A DNA stretch of 55,985 bases from Gekko japonicus. Its lineage: Eukaryota. Position numbers and translations under genes: made by a program. Every line of letters starts with the position of its first letter. The stretch's first letter is position 1. Below the pieces are notes generated by a model. The model made no database searches and was not told the DNA's origin. It worked only from the letters and a program-made list of their open reading frames with translations. The stretch is taken from contig NW_015163096.1 of the NCBI RefSeq assembly GCF_001447785.1, positions 1,681,280 to 1,737,264 of the forward strand, written 5' to 3'. Shown one piece after another: positions 22,092 through 34,468 of this stretch.

Positions 22092-24070
22092 AGCTACAGC
22101 CAGCATTAACCCTGTCAGAAGGTGTGGTGGCCAGAGCTAGAAGCTACCAAGACCTGGTGAAGGAGTTCATCGTGTGAAGGACGCCTAAGAACCTGGGTGA
22201 AAGCAGGTGGAGGTAATCAGGGACAAACCAGCCAGGCTGCAGGGTGATTGTTAAGTGTGGATTGGAGAGCTGACTGGAACTGAGCTAATCGATGAAAAGG
22301 GTAACCTTGGCATCTCTTGAATGTTGACCCATCTTTGACAATGTGGATATACCATGGTACATCCCTTGGGGGGATGGGGCCCCTGGCCACGAGGACATCA
22401 CATGGACACAACACTCACAGGTAACCTGTGCCTGTGCATACGTAAAATGTCACATCCACTTAGGCTCTTATGTTCTCTTCCTGGATTAATTCTGTACAGA
22501 GAAAGGAAAGACCAGAACATACCACAAGATGGCAGGATCTTGGTAATCCACTGAAGTCTGTATATTGTTCTCTTCTCTGTTTTTCCCCCCCGCAAGGGGC
22601 AGAGGAATCAGAGAGAGCAGATGACAGGAGAGGAAGGCTCAGAGCACTCCTCAAATGGCCAGATTTGTGGCACGAGCTGCCAGCTTACTAATAGTAACAT
22701 GAATATTGAACTTCCACCTTTTTCCATATTGCACTTGTCTATGAATGACAAGAATCCTCTCCCCCACTCAGCCCCAAGGTTTTCCTGTGTGTTGTTGTTC
22801 CCACTCCATCTGTCATTCTGACAACTTACCATTTACCATCTCTTTCTGCCCCCTCCTTTCCTATCTGCCTACACTGCTTCAATAACTGCATCAAAAGTCT
22901 TTTGTGCTTGTACTTGGAGAATACCTCCCAACAGCTTTCCCCCCATATTTTACAAAGATTATGATGAAGTATGCCTTTATCCATTATCTTAGCCAACTTC
23001 TATACCAAGTAGCAATATGCATAATATATATTGTATATGGGTGTCAAATGTACCAACACCCCTCAGATTTTCATGAATGCTGCAAAAGTTGGAAATGACC
23101 GAAATAAAATCCCTCCCTTTGTAAGGCAAATCTGCCTCCACAAGCCAAACCATATGGCGCTACAAGGGGAAACAACACCTTTTTGAAAGACAAGAAAGAA
23201 CCCCTCATTATATTTTTATTTTTTTACTATTTGTTTAAGGATTTACACCACTTTAAGCATTAGTGGGTAAACTGATATATCTATTAATGTGAAAACAATT
23301 AAAGGTGTGAAAAAGCTTACTTCTTTTGGCACAAAGCAATAAAACCAGTTTAAAAGTTTTTTTACAGCAGACATGCACTGTTTACTCTCAAAATTACCAT
23401 GACTGATTAACACATTGCACTAGAAAGCTGCAAAAACATCTCCTTTTTTGCACTCCTGTAATTGCTTCAATGGCCTAAATACTCCTGTGTCAGCAATTAG
23501 CAGTAGCAGTGTTACATTAATCCATCAGATTTCTGATGTGGCACATTCCAAGAACAGACGATAATAGCGAATCATTTGTTTAAACCTCAGGATTAGCCCG
23601 AACCCTACCACAGTACAGTATGTTATTAACTGCAATGGTGTTAGGGCAGCAGGAAAAAAGGCAGTCTGAGGATAAAATGTCACAACAAATCAGTTAAGAG
23701 CCTGGGATTCCTTAGCACTTTTTTCTGCTTGGCAATACTCTACAGACTCCATAGCAAATCAAATATACTAATTAGAACAGATAGGCCATGATCATGCTCT
23801 AATAACGTGCAGCCAGCCACACATAACCTGTATAGTCCCAAATATAGACACGCATCATTTTCTGTAGCAAACAACTAATCCAAGCCAATTCACCGGCGCT
23901 GAATGACCGTTACAGCTAGGAAGGCTCACCTAGATGGGCACCAGCAGCTTTAAAAAGAGCCTGCTTCCACGCACATAGGTCCTTCACTGGGTTGTAACAT
24001 GTATCTGGGACTGCAACCATGGAAAAAGATTCCCTTTGCTCCACCCCACACACATACATATTTAAAGAAG

Positions 24071-24206
24071 NNNNNNNNNNNNNNNNNNNNNNNNNNNNNN
24101 NNNNNNNNNNNNNNNNNNNNNNNNNNNNNNNNNNNNNNNNNNNNNNNNNNNNNNNNNNNNNNNNNNNNNNNNNNNNNNNNNNNNNNNNNNNNNNNNNNNN
24201 NNNNNN
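24071..24206. other. Assembly gap
   Basis: Run of N. Confidence 1.
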
Positions 24207-24289
24207 TATAGCTAGGCGATCCTAAGACTGACTAGCAGCCAGCAGTTATCTCTTTTTTTGCAATTTGCCCTACTAGGTGGCAAGCTAGA

Positions 24290-24640
24290 CTTGTTTTTAA
24301 GGCAAGAGACATTTCAGAGGTGGTTTGCCATTGCCCACCTCTGCGTCATGACCAATGCTCCCTCTAAGCTATGGAGTATTGTGAGCAAAAATTCTACTTT
24401 GTGAGCTACTAGCATTAAAGTTGTGAGTGAGCGATTTGGTTACTGCATAAATTAGTTTGCTCTGGAGCTATCCTTCCTGAGCTAAGTAAAAAATGCGTGA
24501 GCCGGAGGCTAAAAAACTGTGAGCTAGCTCACATTAGCTTAGCTTAGAGGGAACACTGGTCATGACCCTGGAATTCCTTGGTGGTCGCCCTTCCAAATAC
24601 TAGTCAAGGCCAATCCTGCTTAGCTTCTGAGATCTAGGTC
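24290..24640 (-). mobile_element. 5S rRNA-derived SINE interrupted by a hAT MITE
   Basis: Minus strand 'gatctcagaagctaagcagg...tagtatttggaagggcgacc' resembles the 5S internal promoter region, followed by 'ggcaatggcaaaccacctc'. Confidence 0.7.
24353..24558. mobile_element. hAT MITE (intact sister of 1693-2147)
   Basis: TIR CAATGCTCCCTCTAAGCT...AGCTTAGAGGGAACACTG; 8-bp TSD GTCATGAC. Confidence 0.92.
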
Positions 24641-27129
24641 AGGGCGGAAAATTCACTAACTCAATGTAAGAAAGGTCTCTTGTCTTGCTGCAGGAGAGCA
24701 CCTGATATGGTTAAAATGAACAATTACAGATTTTTCCAGAGGCGTCTAGCTGTTGCCAAAGCACTGAAATGACACAGGTAATGCCACAAAAAAGCACAGT
24801 GGGGCAGGTGGACTTCCCCCACCGAGCAACCCGTGGGGAATTTTATACCTCCAGTAGCCCAGTATAGCTCTGTTGCAATAAAGAGGGACGAGGACAGCAG
24901 GCTAATACATGGCTGGAACAACAGACTGCATAATGATCAATGGTTTTACCTGGCAGAAAGTAGCTTCATATGTTCACATGACTAGGCTCCAGTTTGCACA
25001 AAATCCAAAGCAAAGCAGAGGCTTCCCAACTCACCTCAGCATTGGTAGAAGCTCCTAATGCGGTTACAAACTGCACGTGCTGAATTGTCCGTAGCATGAA
25101 ATGTCTATGTTCAGAACTCTAGAGCACAGCAAAGATCCAACTTCTTACTATAACACCCCCCCAAAAAATTCTACTTCCTCTATGCATATTAAGATGAACT
25201 TTAATTTCACTTTCATCATGATTTTTGGATTTTTATTTGCAACTGCCGTTCTCTAAATGTGTTACATTCATGAACAAGAAATATCACATGTAATTATGTT
25301 AAATCCAAGTTTAGCTGATTTCCTATCAACCATATTTCTATCAGAAATGTTTTACATACTTGATTACAGCTAGCTAATTGCATATGTGCAAGTTTTATTT
25401 CCATAAAAACCAAAGCCAAACTACAGACATACAGATTTATGGGTTGGATATTGCCCCCCAACGTTGCTTTAGACATTATCACTAATATGTCCTGCTCAAA
25501 CCCTTCCCATAACACTGATACTAGAAATAGCTATCAACTGAAGGGACCCACACAACCTCCTATGATTCTGGGGGGACCAGGTTTATTTTAAACCACAAAC
25601 CTTCCACTCAGTTACCAGGTATTTTAAAGGTATAAGCTTTGGGTTCGCTGCTGTAAGGTAAGTTTTGTGGTGCACAAATAGAATAGGGAAGTCATGGGGG
25701 AAGGAACTGTATATCAGCCACAAAGAAGATTTGTTATTTACAGACTGGTTTCCAGGAACATAGCAGCAGCACAGGACTCCAGATAGACAAAAGAGAAACC
25801 TGGCTGAGGCACATTAATCTAAAGAGTAGCTTCAATTTTCTTTAATACTTTCCAGCATAAATGGGCTTTTATTGATTAACCACATACAGGATTCCACCCA
25901 CATCAGCCTGCCCTTTCCCAAGAGTCAGATTAAACAGCACAAGGTCTGCTCATTGCCAGAGACAGACCTAACTATCAGGTACTCTGTACTTTGTCAGAAG
26001 CAGAGCCAAACCACTCTGCCACGCTACCAAGCACAGCTACCCTTCACTCTGCTCTTTTTCCTGAACCAGACCAGAGCTGACAGTGTGGCTTACATAGATT
26101 GTATTGCAAATTTTCTATTTTTGCAGCAATGGATAACCTTCACTTAGGTAAAGATCTTGTTTGTTTACATTTAGCATGCATAGTCAGCACCATATCTAGT
26201 GGCAAGTTGCTGCCAACCATTTAACCCATCCCCGATGATACCCCCATTCTCCCAGCCATGGCTCACCACAGCCAGAAGAAAGGGGGAACCAAACTCACCA
26301 AACTGGCTCAGTTTTGCTTGGTTCAGGTGGGGGCCTTTTGGCTCGGTTTGGGGTTCAGTGCATGGGCTGCCTCGAACCGGATTTTTTAGGTTTGTGTTAT
26401 CCCTAATCTCAATGCTTCTCAGCTACCTTATATAAAGCCACAATTTGCCCCTGTTTATGAGCTACTTGCAGAGAAGTTCTTTTTAAAACTGGGATCAGAA
26501 TTGCTGCAGATTTCCAACTAAAATGCTTTCTAAATTCTGTGTCCAGGGAATTTCACTGATATTAAATTGTCTTTTCTCCTTTTCTCTGTTCTGTTTTTAT
26601 TTAGAATGAACTTCTCATATTTGTCCCAGGAGATAAATGAATCCTCCAAATTTGAAATGCTATGATTTTTTTTCTGTAGGGGATGTTTCTGTTCATTATT
26701 ATTATATTGTTTATCCTGCTCCCCCTCCAAGAAGATACTTTGTTTTTCTCTCTTAAATTTTGTCACCACAATGACCCTGTGAGTTAGGTCAGCCTAAGAA
26801 GGAATGCCTGTTACTGTACATAAGAAAATCAAATTCCTGTTGTGTACCAGAAATTCAAACAAATCAAGGGTACAGAATAGTCTTCCTTTACTAAAACAGT
26901 CTGTATAAGGTCCAATTAATCTAGAAATTAACTAATGTTAAAGATAGTATTGTAGTGGGATCAATTTTTACAGCTGGCTAGTAGAAAATGTTTGTGTACC
27001 AAGCCAGATACTCCTTGTGTACCACTGGAGAGATACAGCACAGTGTTAACCTTAGATGTCCTTTCAGTGACTGTATACTACAAGCAGTACCTGGACGAGG
27101 TCAAGGAGTCATATCTTTACGTTTCAGAG

Positions 27130-27461
27130 ACATAGAGCTGGAAGGGTAATCTAATCCAGCCCCTCATACAACGCAGGAAATTCACAACTCCCCCCCCCCG
27201 CTCACTCCCCCCATCCATGCCCAGAGGAAAGCAAAAAACCTCCTGGATCCCTGGCCAATCTGGCCTGGAGGAAAATTCCTTCCTGACTCCAAAGTAGTGA
27301 TTAGCATTAACCTGGCTATTTAAGAAAGGTCCACAAGAACCAAGCACTGGCTCATCCCTTTCCTCCCTCCCACTCATGCCTACATTCACAGAATCAGCAC
27401 TGCTGTCAGATGGCCATCTAGCCTCTGCTTAAAAACCTCCAAAGAAGGAGAGTCCGTCACC
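27130..27461 (-). mobile_element. CR1 LINE 3' end
   Basis: 'agatggccatctagcctctgcttaaaaacctcc' is the reverse complement of the CR1 ORF2 end (EVFKQRLDGHL). Confidence 0.8.
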
Positions 27462-28431
27462 AGCATCAGGTACTAAATTTGCCCTGGGACACCCCGACAA
27501 AATTAAAGTGACTGTGTTGCTAGAGGGGAAGCTTTGCAAGATGGAGCTGGACACAGGGTCCTCCATCTCCATCATATCTGAAGAGACTCTCCGGAGGCTC
27601 TGTCCACAAGGCCCCCCCCCGCCTGAGGCCCGCAGGCTTCACCCTCCGGGACTTTCAGAAGAACAAGGTGGCCATTAAGGGGTGGAGCAAATTCCATGTG
27701 AAATACCGGCACTTTGAGGAACACTTGGACTTATTGGTGGTGGAAGGGCAGCTCACCAGCTTGCTTGGACTGTCTTGGTTTGCGCCCTTAGGTTTCAAAG
27801 TAACGGGGGTGCACCACGTGTGGCCTACAGACTTCAGAAACGTGTGTCAGGAGATCCTGGCTGTCTTCAACAGGACACTCAGACGGTACACGGGTCCCCC
27901 AGTATTGCTCCAACTCAACCACAAGGTGTGCCCCATCCGCCTCAAGGCCCGGAGAGTCCCAGTCACGCTCAAGCCCAAAACTGAGGCGGAATTAGACCAT
28001 TTGTTGGTGCAAGGTGTTTAGAGCCGGTTCCCCACGTCACCTGGGAGACCCCCATCGTAACCCGGATTAAGCCAAATGGGGATGTCCGCATCTGCATGGA
28101 TTATAAATGCACAATCAACAAGGTGCTGGAAGACCACGCTTATCCAGTGCTGGTCATCAGCCACGTTGTAGTGGCATTGGCCAGGTCCAAAATCTTCGGG
28201 AATCTGGACTTGGCCCAAGCCTATCAGCAACTCCCAGTGGATGAACCAAACCATTATCACACACCAGGGTGCGTTCAGAGTCAAGCAGTTACAGTTCGGG
28301 GTGAGTGTGGCTCCGGGAATCTTTCAAAATCTGATGGACTCTCTTTTGAAAGGAATCCCTGGGGTCCAGCCCTTTTTCGATGTTTTGATCACCGCCCCCT
28401 CGGAGGAGGACTTCGCCACCCACCTACGCAC
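27462..28431 (+). pseudogene. Ty3/Gypsy pol fragment (aspartic protease and RT), frameshifted, no LTRs
   Basis: 'KMELDTGSSISIISE', 'PIRLKARRVP', 'VRICMDYKCTIN', 'LDLAQAYQQL', 'LQFGVSVAPGIFQ'. Confidence 0.9.
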
Positions 28432-29460
28432 TAGAGTTGTCTTATGTTCTGCTGAAATCACTTAATAAACTATGAGCTGATCACTACACGCGTCTAGAAC
28501 CCAGTATATTTCAACAAGTCTCCCTCATCCAATAATTATGTATTTGATTCTTCTTACCTAAATGTTGGTCCATGGGGTCGCGAAGAGTCGGACTCGACTG
28601 TGCGACTGAACAACAACAACAACAAACCTAAATGTAGAACTTTACATTTATCTCTTTTGAAATTCATTGTCAGTTTTAGCCCAGTTTTCCAGCCTATCAA
28701 GATCATCCCGTATCTTGACTCTGTCTTCTTCTGTATTTGCTACCCCTCCCAATTTAGTATCATCTGTAAATTTAATGAGCACCCCCTCTATTCCTTCATC
28801 CAAGTCAATTATAAAGATGTTGAATAACACAGAGTCCAGGATAGATTTCTAAGGCACTCCACTGGTCACTCCTCTATAAAAGGATGAGGAACCATTAACA
28901 AGCACTCTTTGAGTATGAGCTGTCAATCACTTACAAATCCACCTAACAGTAATAGAATCCAAACCACATTTTATCAACTCATCAACAAGAATATCATGTG
29001 GGACCTTATCAAACGCTTTACTGAAACCAAGATAAACTACATCCAGAGCACTTCCCAGGTTCAACAAGGTAGTAACTCTCACAAAAAAGGAGATAAGGTT
29101 ACTCTGACATGACTTGTTCCTGAGAATCCATGCTGGCTCTTAGTAATGCTCAAGGACTGCTAAATGCTCAAGGACTGACTGATTATTTGTTCTAAAACTT
29201 TTCCAGGTATAGACTTCACACTGAAGGTCAGTAGTTACCTGGATCCTCCTTTTTTCCTTTCTTGAAGATGGGGACAACAGCTGCCCGCCTCCAATCTTCT
29301 GGCACCTCACTTGTTCTCCAAGAATTCTCAAAAATAATGGACAGAGGCTCTGAAATTATACCAGCAAGTTCCTTAAGTACCCTTGGATGCAATTTGTTTG
29401 GCCCTGAGGACTTAATTTTATTTAAAGGAATTAGGTGTTTATGTACCACCCCTGTGCCTA
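28432..29460 (-). mobile_element. CR1 LINE RT region relic
   Basis: 'LFNIFIIDLDEGIEGVLIKFTDDTKLGG' and 'HPRVLKELA...VPEDWRRAAVVPIFKKGKKEDPGNY'. Confidence 0.92.
28566..28625 (+). mobile_element. 60-bp RTE-BovB 3' tail insertion
   Basis: GGTCCATGGGGTCGCGAAGAGTCGGACTCGACTG...(CAA)n; perfect 10-bp TSD ACCTAAATGT (28556-28565, 28626-28635). Confidence 0.88.
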
Positions 29461-29771
29461 TCCAAGCTGCAACTCCCTTCCCTCATCTTCGTCAACTTGA
29501 TAGGGGGGAAAATAATCTAAATATGTTACAATTGTTCTTCCCTTCATAATCTGAGGCCAATAGTGCCAATGCTGTATAATTAATCTCCCCAGAATCATGT
29601 ATTTGAAGCCAGGGCCAGTGTTAGCACACCCCAAGGTGGGGCAGCTGCTGAATTCCAGAATTTCTGATGTCATCCACCTGCTGACCACCCCCCACCCACA
29701 TGCCTTCTGCTCCCTTCTGAGTGGTCTGCCACCTGCACTCTCAGAGGTACGTGCTGATGTAAACTTTTTCA

Positions 29772-29990
29772 GGGACTGATTTCGCACTAGGGATGCATTT
29801 TGACTCGCGGCTTCGCCCGATTTCCCCCGCAGTTTTGTGATCCTGTTTTTTGAGGATCACGAAACTGTGGAGGAAATCGGGCGAAGCCGCGGGTCAAATG
29901 CAGCCCCGTGGCTTCAGGTGTGAAATTGACCAATAGTATCGGGGCAAACGGCGGCACAACATCGAGGCAGCTCTAGTGTGAAATCAGCCC
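29772..29990. mobile_element. Palindromic MITE (PIF/Harbinger-like)
   Basis: TIR 'ctgatttcgcactag...ctagtgtgaaatcag'; internal ~50-bp hairpin. Confidence 0.75.
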
Positions 29991-30727
29991 ATAAGAGTTT
30001 GCCTGACAACATGGAAAGCATCTATGGTTTACCTTACTTTAAAAAGAAAAAAAAGTACAATGATGCAGCATTGCAAAGGTGGACCTTTTCAGCAGAACAA
30101 AGAGCATGCTGTTAAAAAGAAAGTCTCATTTTTAATATCTGGCTTGAATTAAAACCATACCTACAAAAAATCCAATTGGGAATCTGTTCTTTCTTCTTCA
30201 GGGTTTATAACAAAAATTATATCCAATATAATCCAACCTTAATTATGTATGATATTTCCTGACCTTTGAAATTCAATTAAAAAGAGAAAATGGGCTGCAA
30301 GTTCTCCGTTGTTCCTGACATCATACTCTGATTCCAATTGCTGGTCCAACAGTGTCAGTGCAAATGCAGAACATCATTATTAATTTCACATTAACACCGA
30401 AAATTTGATCTGCATTCATTAGCTTCAGCTGTCATTTAGTCATTTCATTATTCATTAATTGTAACTTCTTCTGTACCATATATTTGGACAAAGGATTGGA
30501 ACCATTCACTGGGAAAAAACAGGTATTAATTTCATCACAGTTATTTCAGATGAAGGAATAATAAAGATGTAAAATATCCAGAAATGTTGGAGCCATGGGA
30601 ATAAACCTTTTTTTTAAAAAACTTGGTATATGTGTGTAATTGTCTGTCTGTGTGTGCAATACTTATTGCCTCAAACCCGAACTTACCTTGCTGTATAAGA
30701 ACATGCAATATATTGAGCAATATATTG

Positions 30728-31015
30728 TGCCAACCTAGCAGTTTGAAAGCAAGAAATTGCAAATTGGCGGAATCTGGTCCATGGGGTCGCGAAGAGTCGG
30801 ACTCGACTGTGCGACTGAACAACAACAAAAAAATAGGTAACGCTTTGGTGGGAAGATAACAGCATTCCATGTGCTTTGGCATTTAGTCATGCCGGCCACA
30901 TGACCATGGAAACGTCTTTGGACAGCGCTGGCTCTTCAGCTTGGAAATGGAGATGAGCACCACCCCCTACAGTCGGATTTGACTGGCTTTCAAGCAAGGG
31001 AAATCTTTATCTTTT
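30728..31015 (+). mobile_element. 5'-truncated Sauria SINE with a nested BovB tail
   Basis: Reverse complement of the 33082 and 39625 copies ('tagtcatgccggccacatgacc'). Confidence 0.85.
30765..30830 (+). mobile_element. ~66-bp RTE-BovB 3' tail insertion
   Basis: Identical to 28566-28617 over 52 nt; interrupts the Sauria SINE. Confidence 0.85.
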
Positions 31016-31099
31016 TAATATATATATTGTGTAAAACTTCATACATGGAATTGTACTGTGGTATAAGTATAAATGCCTTTATTTGATTAAAAGAATGAG

Positions 31100-31760
31100 C
31101 TGGACCCAAGCTTCCACTGTATGAGCGGAATGAGCACGGCCTCTCCACTCAACTTTTACTGTGTCTTGGGTACCAAAAAGCAAAATTAAACAACGGCTAT
31201 GGGACCATGCCCTACAATCAGATAGGGCACAGATACAGAAATATCCAACTATTCTGCAGCATACCAAATGCTTCCAACCAGCAGATTATCTTAGATCCTT
31301 TGAGATCTCCAAATATCAGAGAATCTTTACCCTTGCACACTTTAACATTCTACCCTCAGCCCTCCTGAAAGGCAGATACCATTGCGTCTCACTCCTTCAA
31401 CAGCTCCTCCCATGCCATGCAGGGAAAGCAGAGTCTATCGACCTTGTTCTGCTGCACTCACTGCCCATTCTACAATGACTTTCAGACTCAGTACATAGCC
31501 CCAATTCTATCAACTCTACCAGGAAAATCTGGACAACATTATGTCTCCCTCCTTCTTGCAGATTCCTCCCAGGAGATAACAAATAAAGTAGCTAAATGTT
31601 GCCTTCGGGCATGTGGGATATGCAAGCGGCTGACTGAGTCTTTAATAATAACCCCCTTGTCTTTGTCCCCTCACAATCAGCGTTCAATCTTATATTTTAT
31701 TCTTTTTTATCCTTATCCTTATTGTTACTTATCTTGTATCAAAATAAGCTTTGAACTTGA
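31100..31760 (+). mobile_element. LINE 3' end with C-terminal Cys/His motif (RTE-X-like)
   Basis: 'RIFTLAHFNILPSALLKGRY...PC...ESIDLVLLH/CPFY...LLLAD...ITNKVAK'. Confidence 0.6.
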
Positions 31761-32832
31761 ACTATGAGCTGACGGGCACTCGTGTTTTCACACCGGCAGG
31801 ATTTACTGCTGACTGCACCTTCCCATTACTCCTCCCTATATTTCATCTCACTGTTCCAGAATATCTCACAAACAAACCACAATGCTGCCTTTCACAGGAC
31901 GCAGAAAGCTACGTAGAGGACAGCGGCAAAAATCCATCCCATGAGCTCCACTCCAGCCGGTCCTTCAGTCCAATCCAGTAACTACAAATACACCAACGGT
32001 TAGAAACGGAGTTCAAAGCTACTTTATTCTAATGACTGTTTCAAGGATAAAAGGATAAAATGGAGGTCGGGATACCAGTGCATCCTGCTAGAAGATCCAC
32101 GAAGAATGGGCACGATCAAAATTTGATGGACAGAAGAAGAATTAATTCTTATTTTTAGAGAACAGGCTTAGAAAATAAACACACCTATATAGGAACTGAA
32201 GAACTGCACTGAATTGGATATTTGATGATACTTCGTAATGGTGATATTAATTGATCGTCATGGACAGTTAGATATGAAATCACACAAACCTTTCCAGCTG
32301 CCAGTCACACTGGCTCATGGCAGTCATCACAGCACCCTCAGAGATACACAAACCATAGCCAATATGCACATAGCCCAGATGTTAGGTATCGCAACACAGG
32401 ACTACATCTTCCTGTTTCAAGTCATGCACACTTAGAGCACAACCTCACACTGTACTATAGTGGTAGGAAATGCACTCCAAGAGCACTTAGCATAAACAGA
32501 CAAGGGGGAGAACAAACCATGCTGCATCTCAAAACTAACAAACACCCTTTGGTGAGACCATATTTGGGTACAACAAAGCACAAAACAGAACTCCAAGGGG
32601 AGAAAACAGCCCTGTTACCAACAGTAAGGCAAATGCATCCAGCACTGCTAAGCCAGGGAAGAGGAGGTCCTGGGCTAAAGAAGAGGAGTGCCCCAGTTTC
32701 CAACAAGCTCAACATGTATATGCAAGGGGCACCTGTCAGAGTGCAGTCCCCCCCAAATGGTGTTTCCACAGCACTGTGTCATGGCACTATAATGGGGAGC
32801 AAGCAACACAATCAGTGGCCGAGACCCCAACC

Positions 32833-33052
32833 TAGGGTTGCCAGCCTCCACGTGGTGGTGGCAGGAGATCTTCTGGGATTACAACTGATCTCCAGGTGAT
32901 AGAGATCAGTTCAAAGGGAGAAAATGGCCACTTTGCAAGGTGGACTCTATGGCATTATACCCTGCTGAGGTCCCTCCCTCCCCAAACCCACCCTCTCATG
33001 GCTTTACCTCCAAAATCTCCAGACATTTTCCAAACCAGAGCGGGAAACCTTA
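32833..33052. mobile_element. hAT MITE (TAGGGTTGCCA family)
   Basis: Perfect 8-bp TSD CCCCAACC (32825-32832, 33053-33060). Confidence 0.9.
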
Positions 33053-33081
33053 CCCCAACCCAATAACAACATGACCATTAG

Positions 33082-33433
33082 TAAAGGTAAAGGTTCCCTT
33101 GCTCGGAAGCCAGTCGAGTCCGACTCTAGGGTTGCGGTGCTCATCTCCGTTTCAAAGCCGAAGAGCCAGTGCTGCCCGAAGACGTTTCCGTGGTCATGTG
33201 GCCGGCATGACTAAACACCAAGGAGCACGGAACGCTGTTACCTTCCCACCGAAGTGGTACCTATTTATCTACTTGCAATTTCTTGCTTTCGAACTGCTAG
33301 GTTGGCAGGAGCTGAAACTAGAGACGGGAGCTCACTCCGTCATGCGGCACACTCAGGTCTCGAACTGCTGAACTACCGACCTTCCACAGCCTGCAGTTCA
33401 GTGTCTTAATCACTTGAGCCACCGCAGCTCCTC
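33082..33433 (-). mobile_element. Full-length Sauria SINE
   Basis: Minus strand: A box TGGCTCAAGTG, B box GTTCGAGAC, (ACCTTT)n tail. Confidence 0.9.
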
Positions 33434-34468
33434 TAAGAGGACCATACTGAGTCCCAAAAAGTTTCAGGCAGGTCAAAATTAAGATCTGTAGGCCAAGACG
33501 CAGCATAAGAAGGCAGCGTGTAAGGTTTTGGATCTATTAAAATTTTATATACTTTCGATATCATCCCTCTGTTTGTTCCATTTGAAGATATTACTAATTT
33601 TTCAAACTCTGTTAGCGGTCTTGTACACGCTTCTTTAATCTGCGGCATTAAAAATAGGTGTTGCAGCTGTATATATTCGAACCATGGTAAATTGGCTTTG
33701 CTATGTTGTTTAATTTAAATTTTTCCATAGGTTTCCTGTTGCGAGTTAGATCATATAGAGTACCTAAGTGGAAAAGAATTAAAGCCTTGAGCTGGGTAAA
33801 ACCAAGATTGGCCGAAGAACATGGCCGCTAGGGATATGTCAGGAGCCAAAGAGGAGTGTTTAAGTCTCCATATCTTGAAAAGGGACTGGAGAAATGGGTG
33901 TTTGTCTATAGAATCCTGATTTTCAGTTGTCTTGTTCCAAATGGCTATTTGATATTGTGTCTTGCCAAGGAAGTTTTCTTCTATCTTAACCCATTTTGGC
34001 TGCGGACTGGATTTTAAAATCCTAATAAAACTTGAGAGCAGTGTGGCTTCATAATACAATTTAATATCAGGAAGGGCTAAACCTCCTATTCTAATTGGTC
34101 TACGTAGTGTGGTAAATCTAATTCTGGATCTACGGTAACTCCAAATGAATTTGTTCCAATAGGATTGCCAACTGCTAAATTGAGAGGACAAGAATAGGTA
34201 AGGGGAGTGTACGGAAAAGGTATAAAAGTTTAGAACAAACAAAGGTTTTAATGGAATGAATTCTCGCTAGCCATGTCAAATTTTGGTTATGCCATCGCTC
34301 TAGTTGTAGTTTGGATTTCTCTATGGTGTCTACATAGTTAATTTTGAAAAGATTTTTCAAATCTTTGGCAATTTGGATTCCCAGATATGACCATGAATGC
34401 GTTACCCATTGATACTTGAAATGGGAGTGAATGAAATATTCAGATGAAGGTGAAAGATTAATCTCCAA
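33434..34468 (-). pseudogene. L1-clade ORF2 fragment (post-RT region), third family, frameshifted
   Basis: 'SYLGIQI...LERW...LLYLFRTLP', 'KFIW...GGLALPDIKLYYEA', 'GMISKVYKIL'. Confidence 0.88.

Noticed and set aside
21523-22400. Possible old solo LTR around the hAT MITE
   Set aside because: TG/CA-type ends can be chosen but no TSD was found.
31770-32180. Possible highly decayed L1 ORF1 relic ('FKDKRIKWRSGYQCILL')
   Set aside because: Similarity is too short and interrupted to support by eye.
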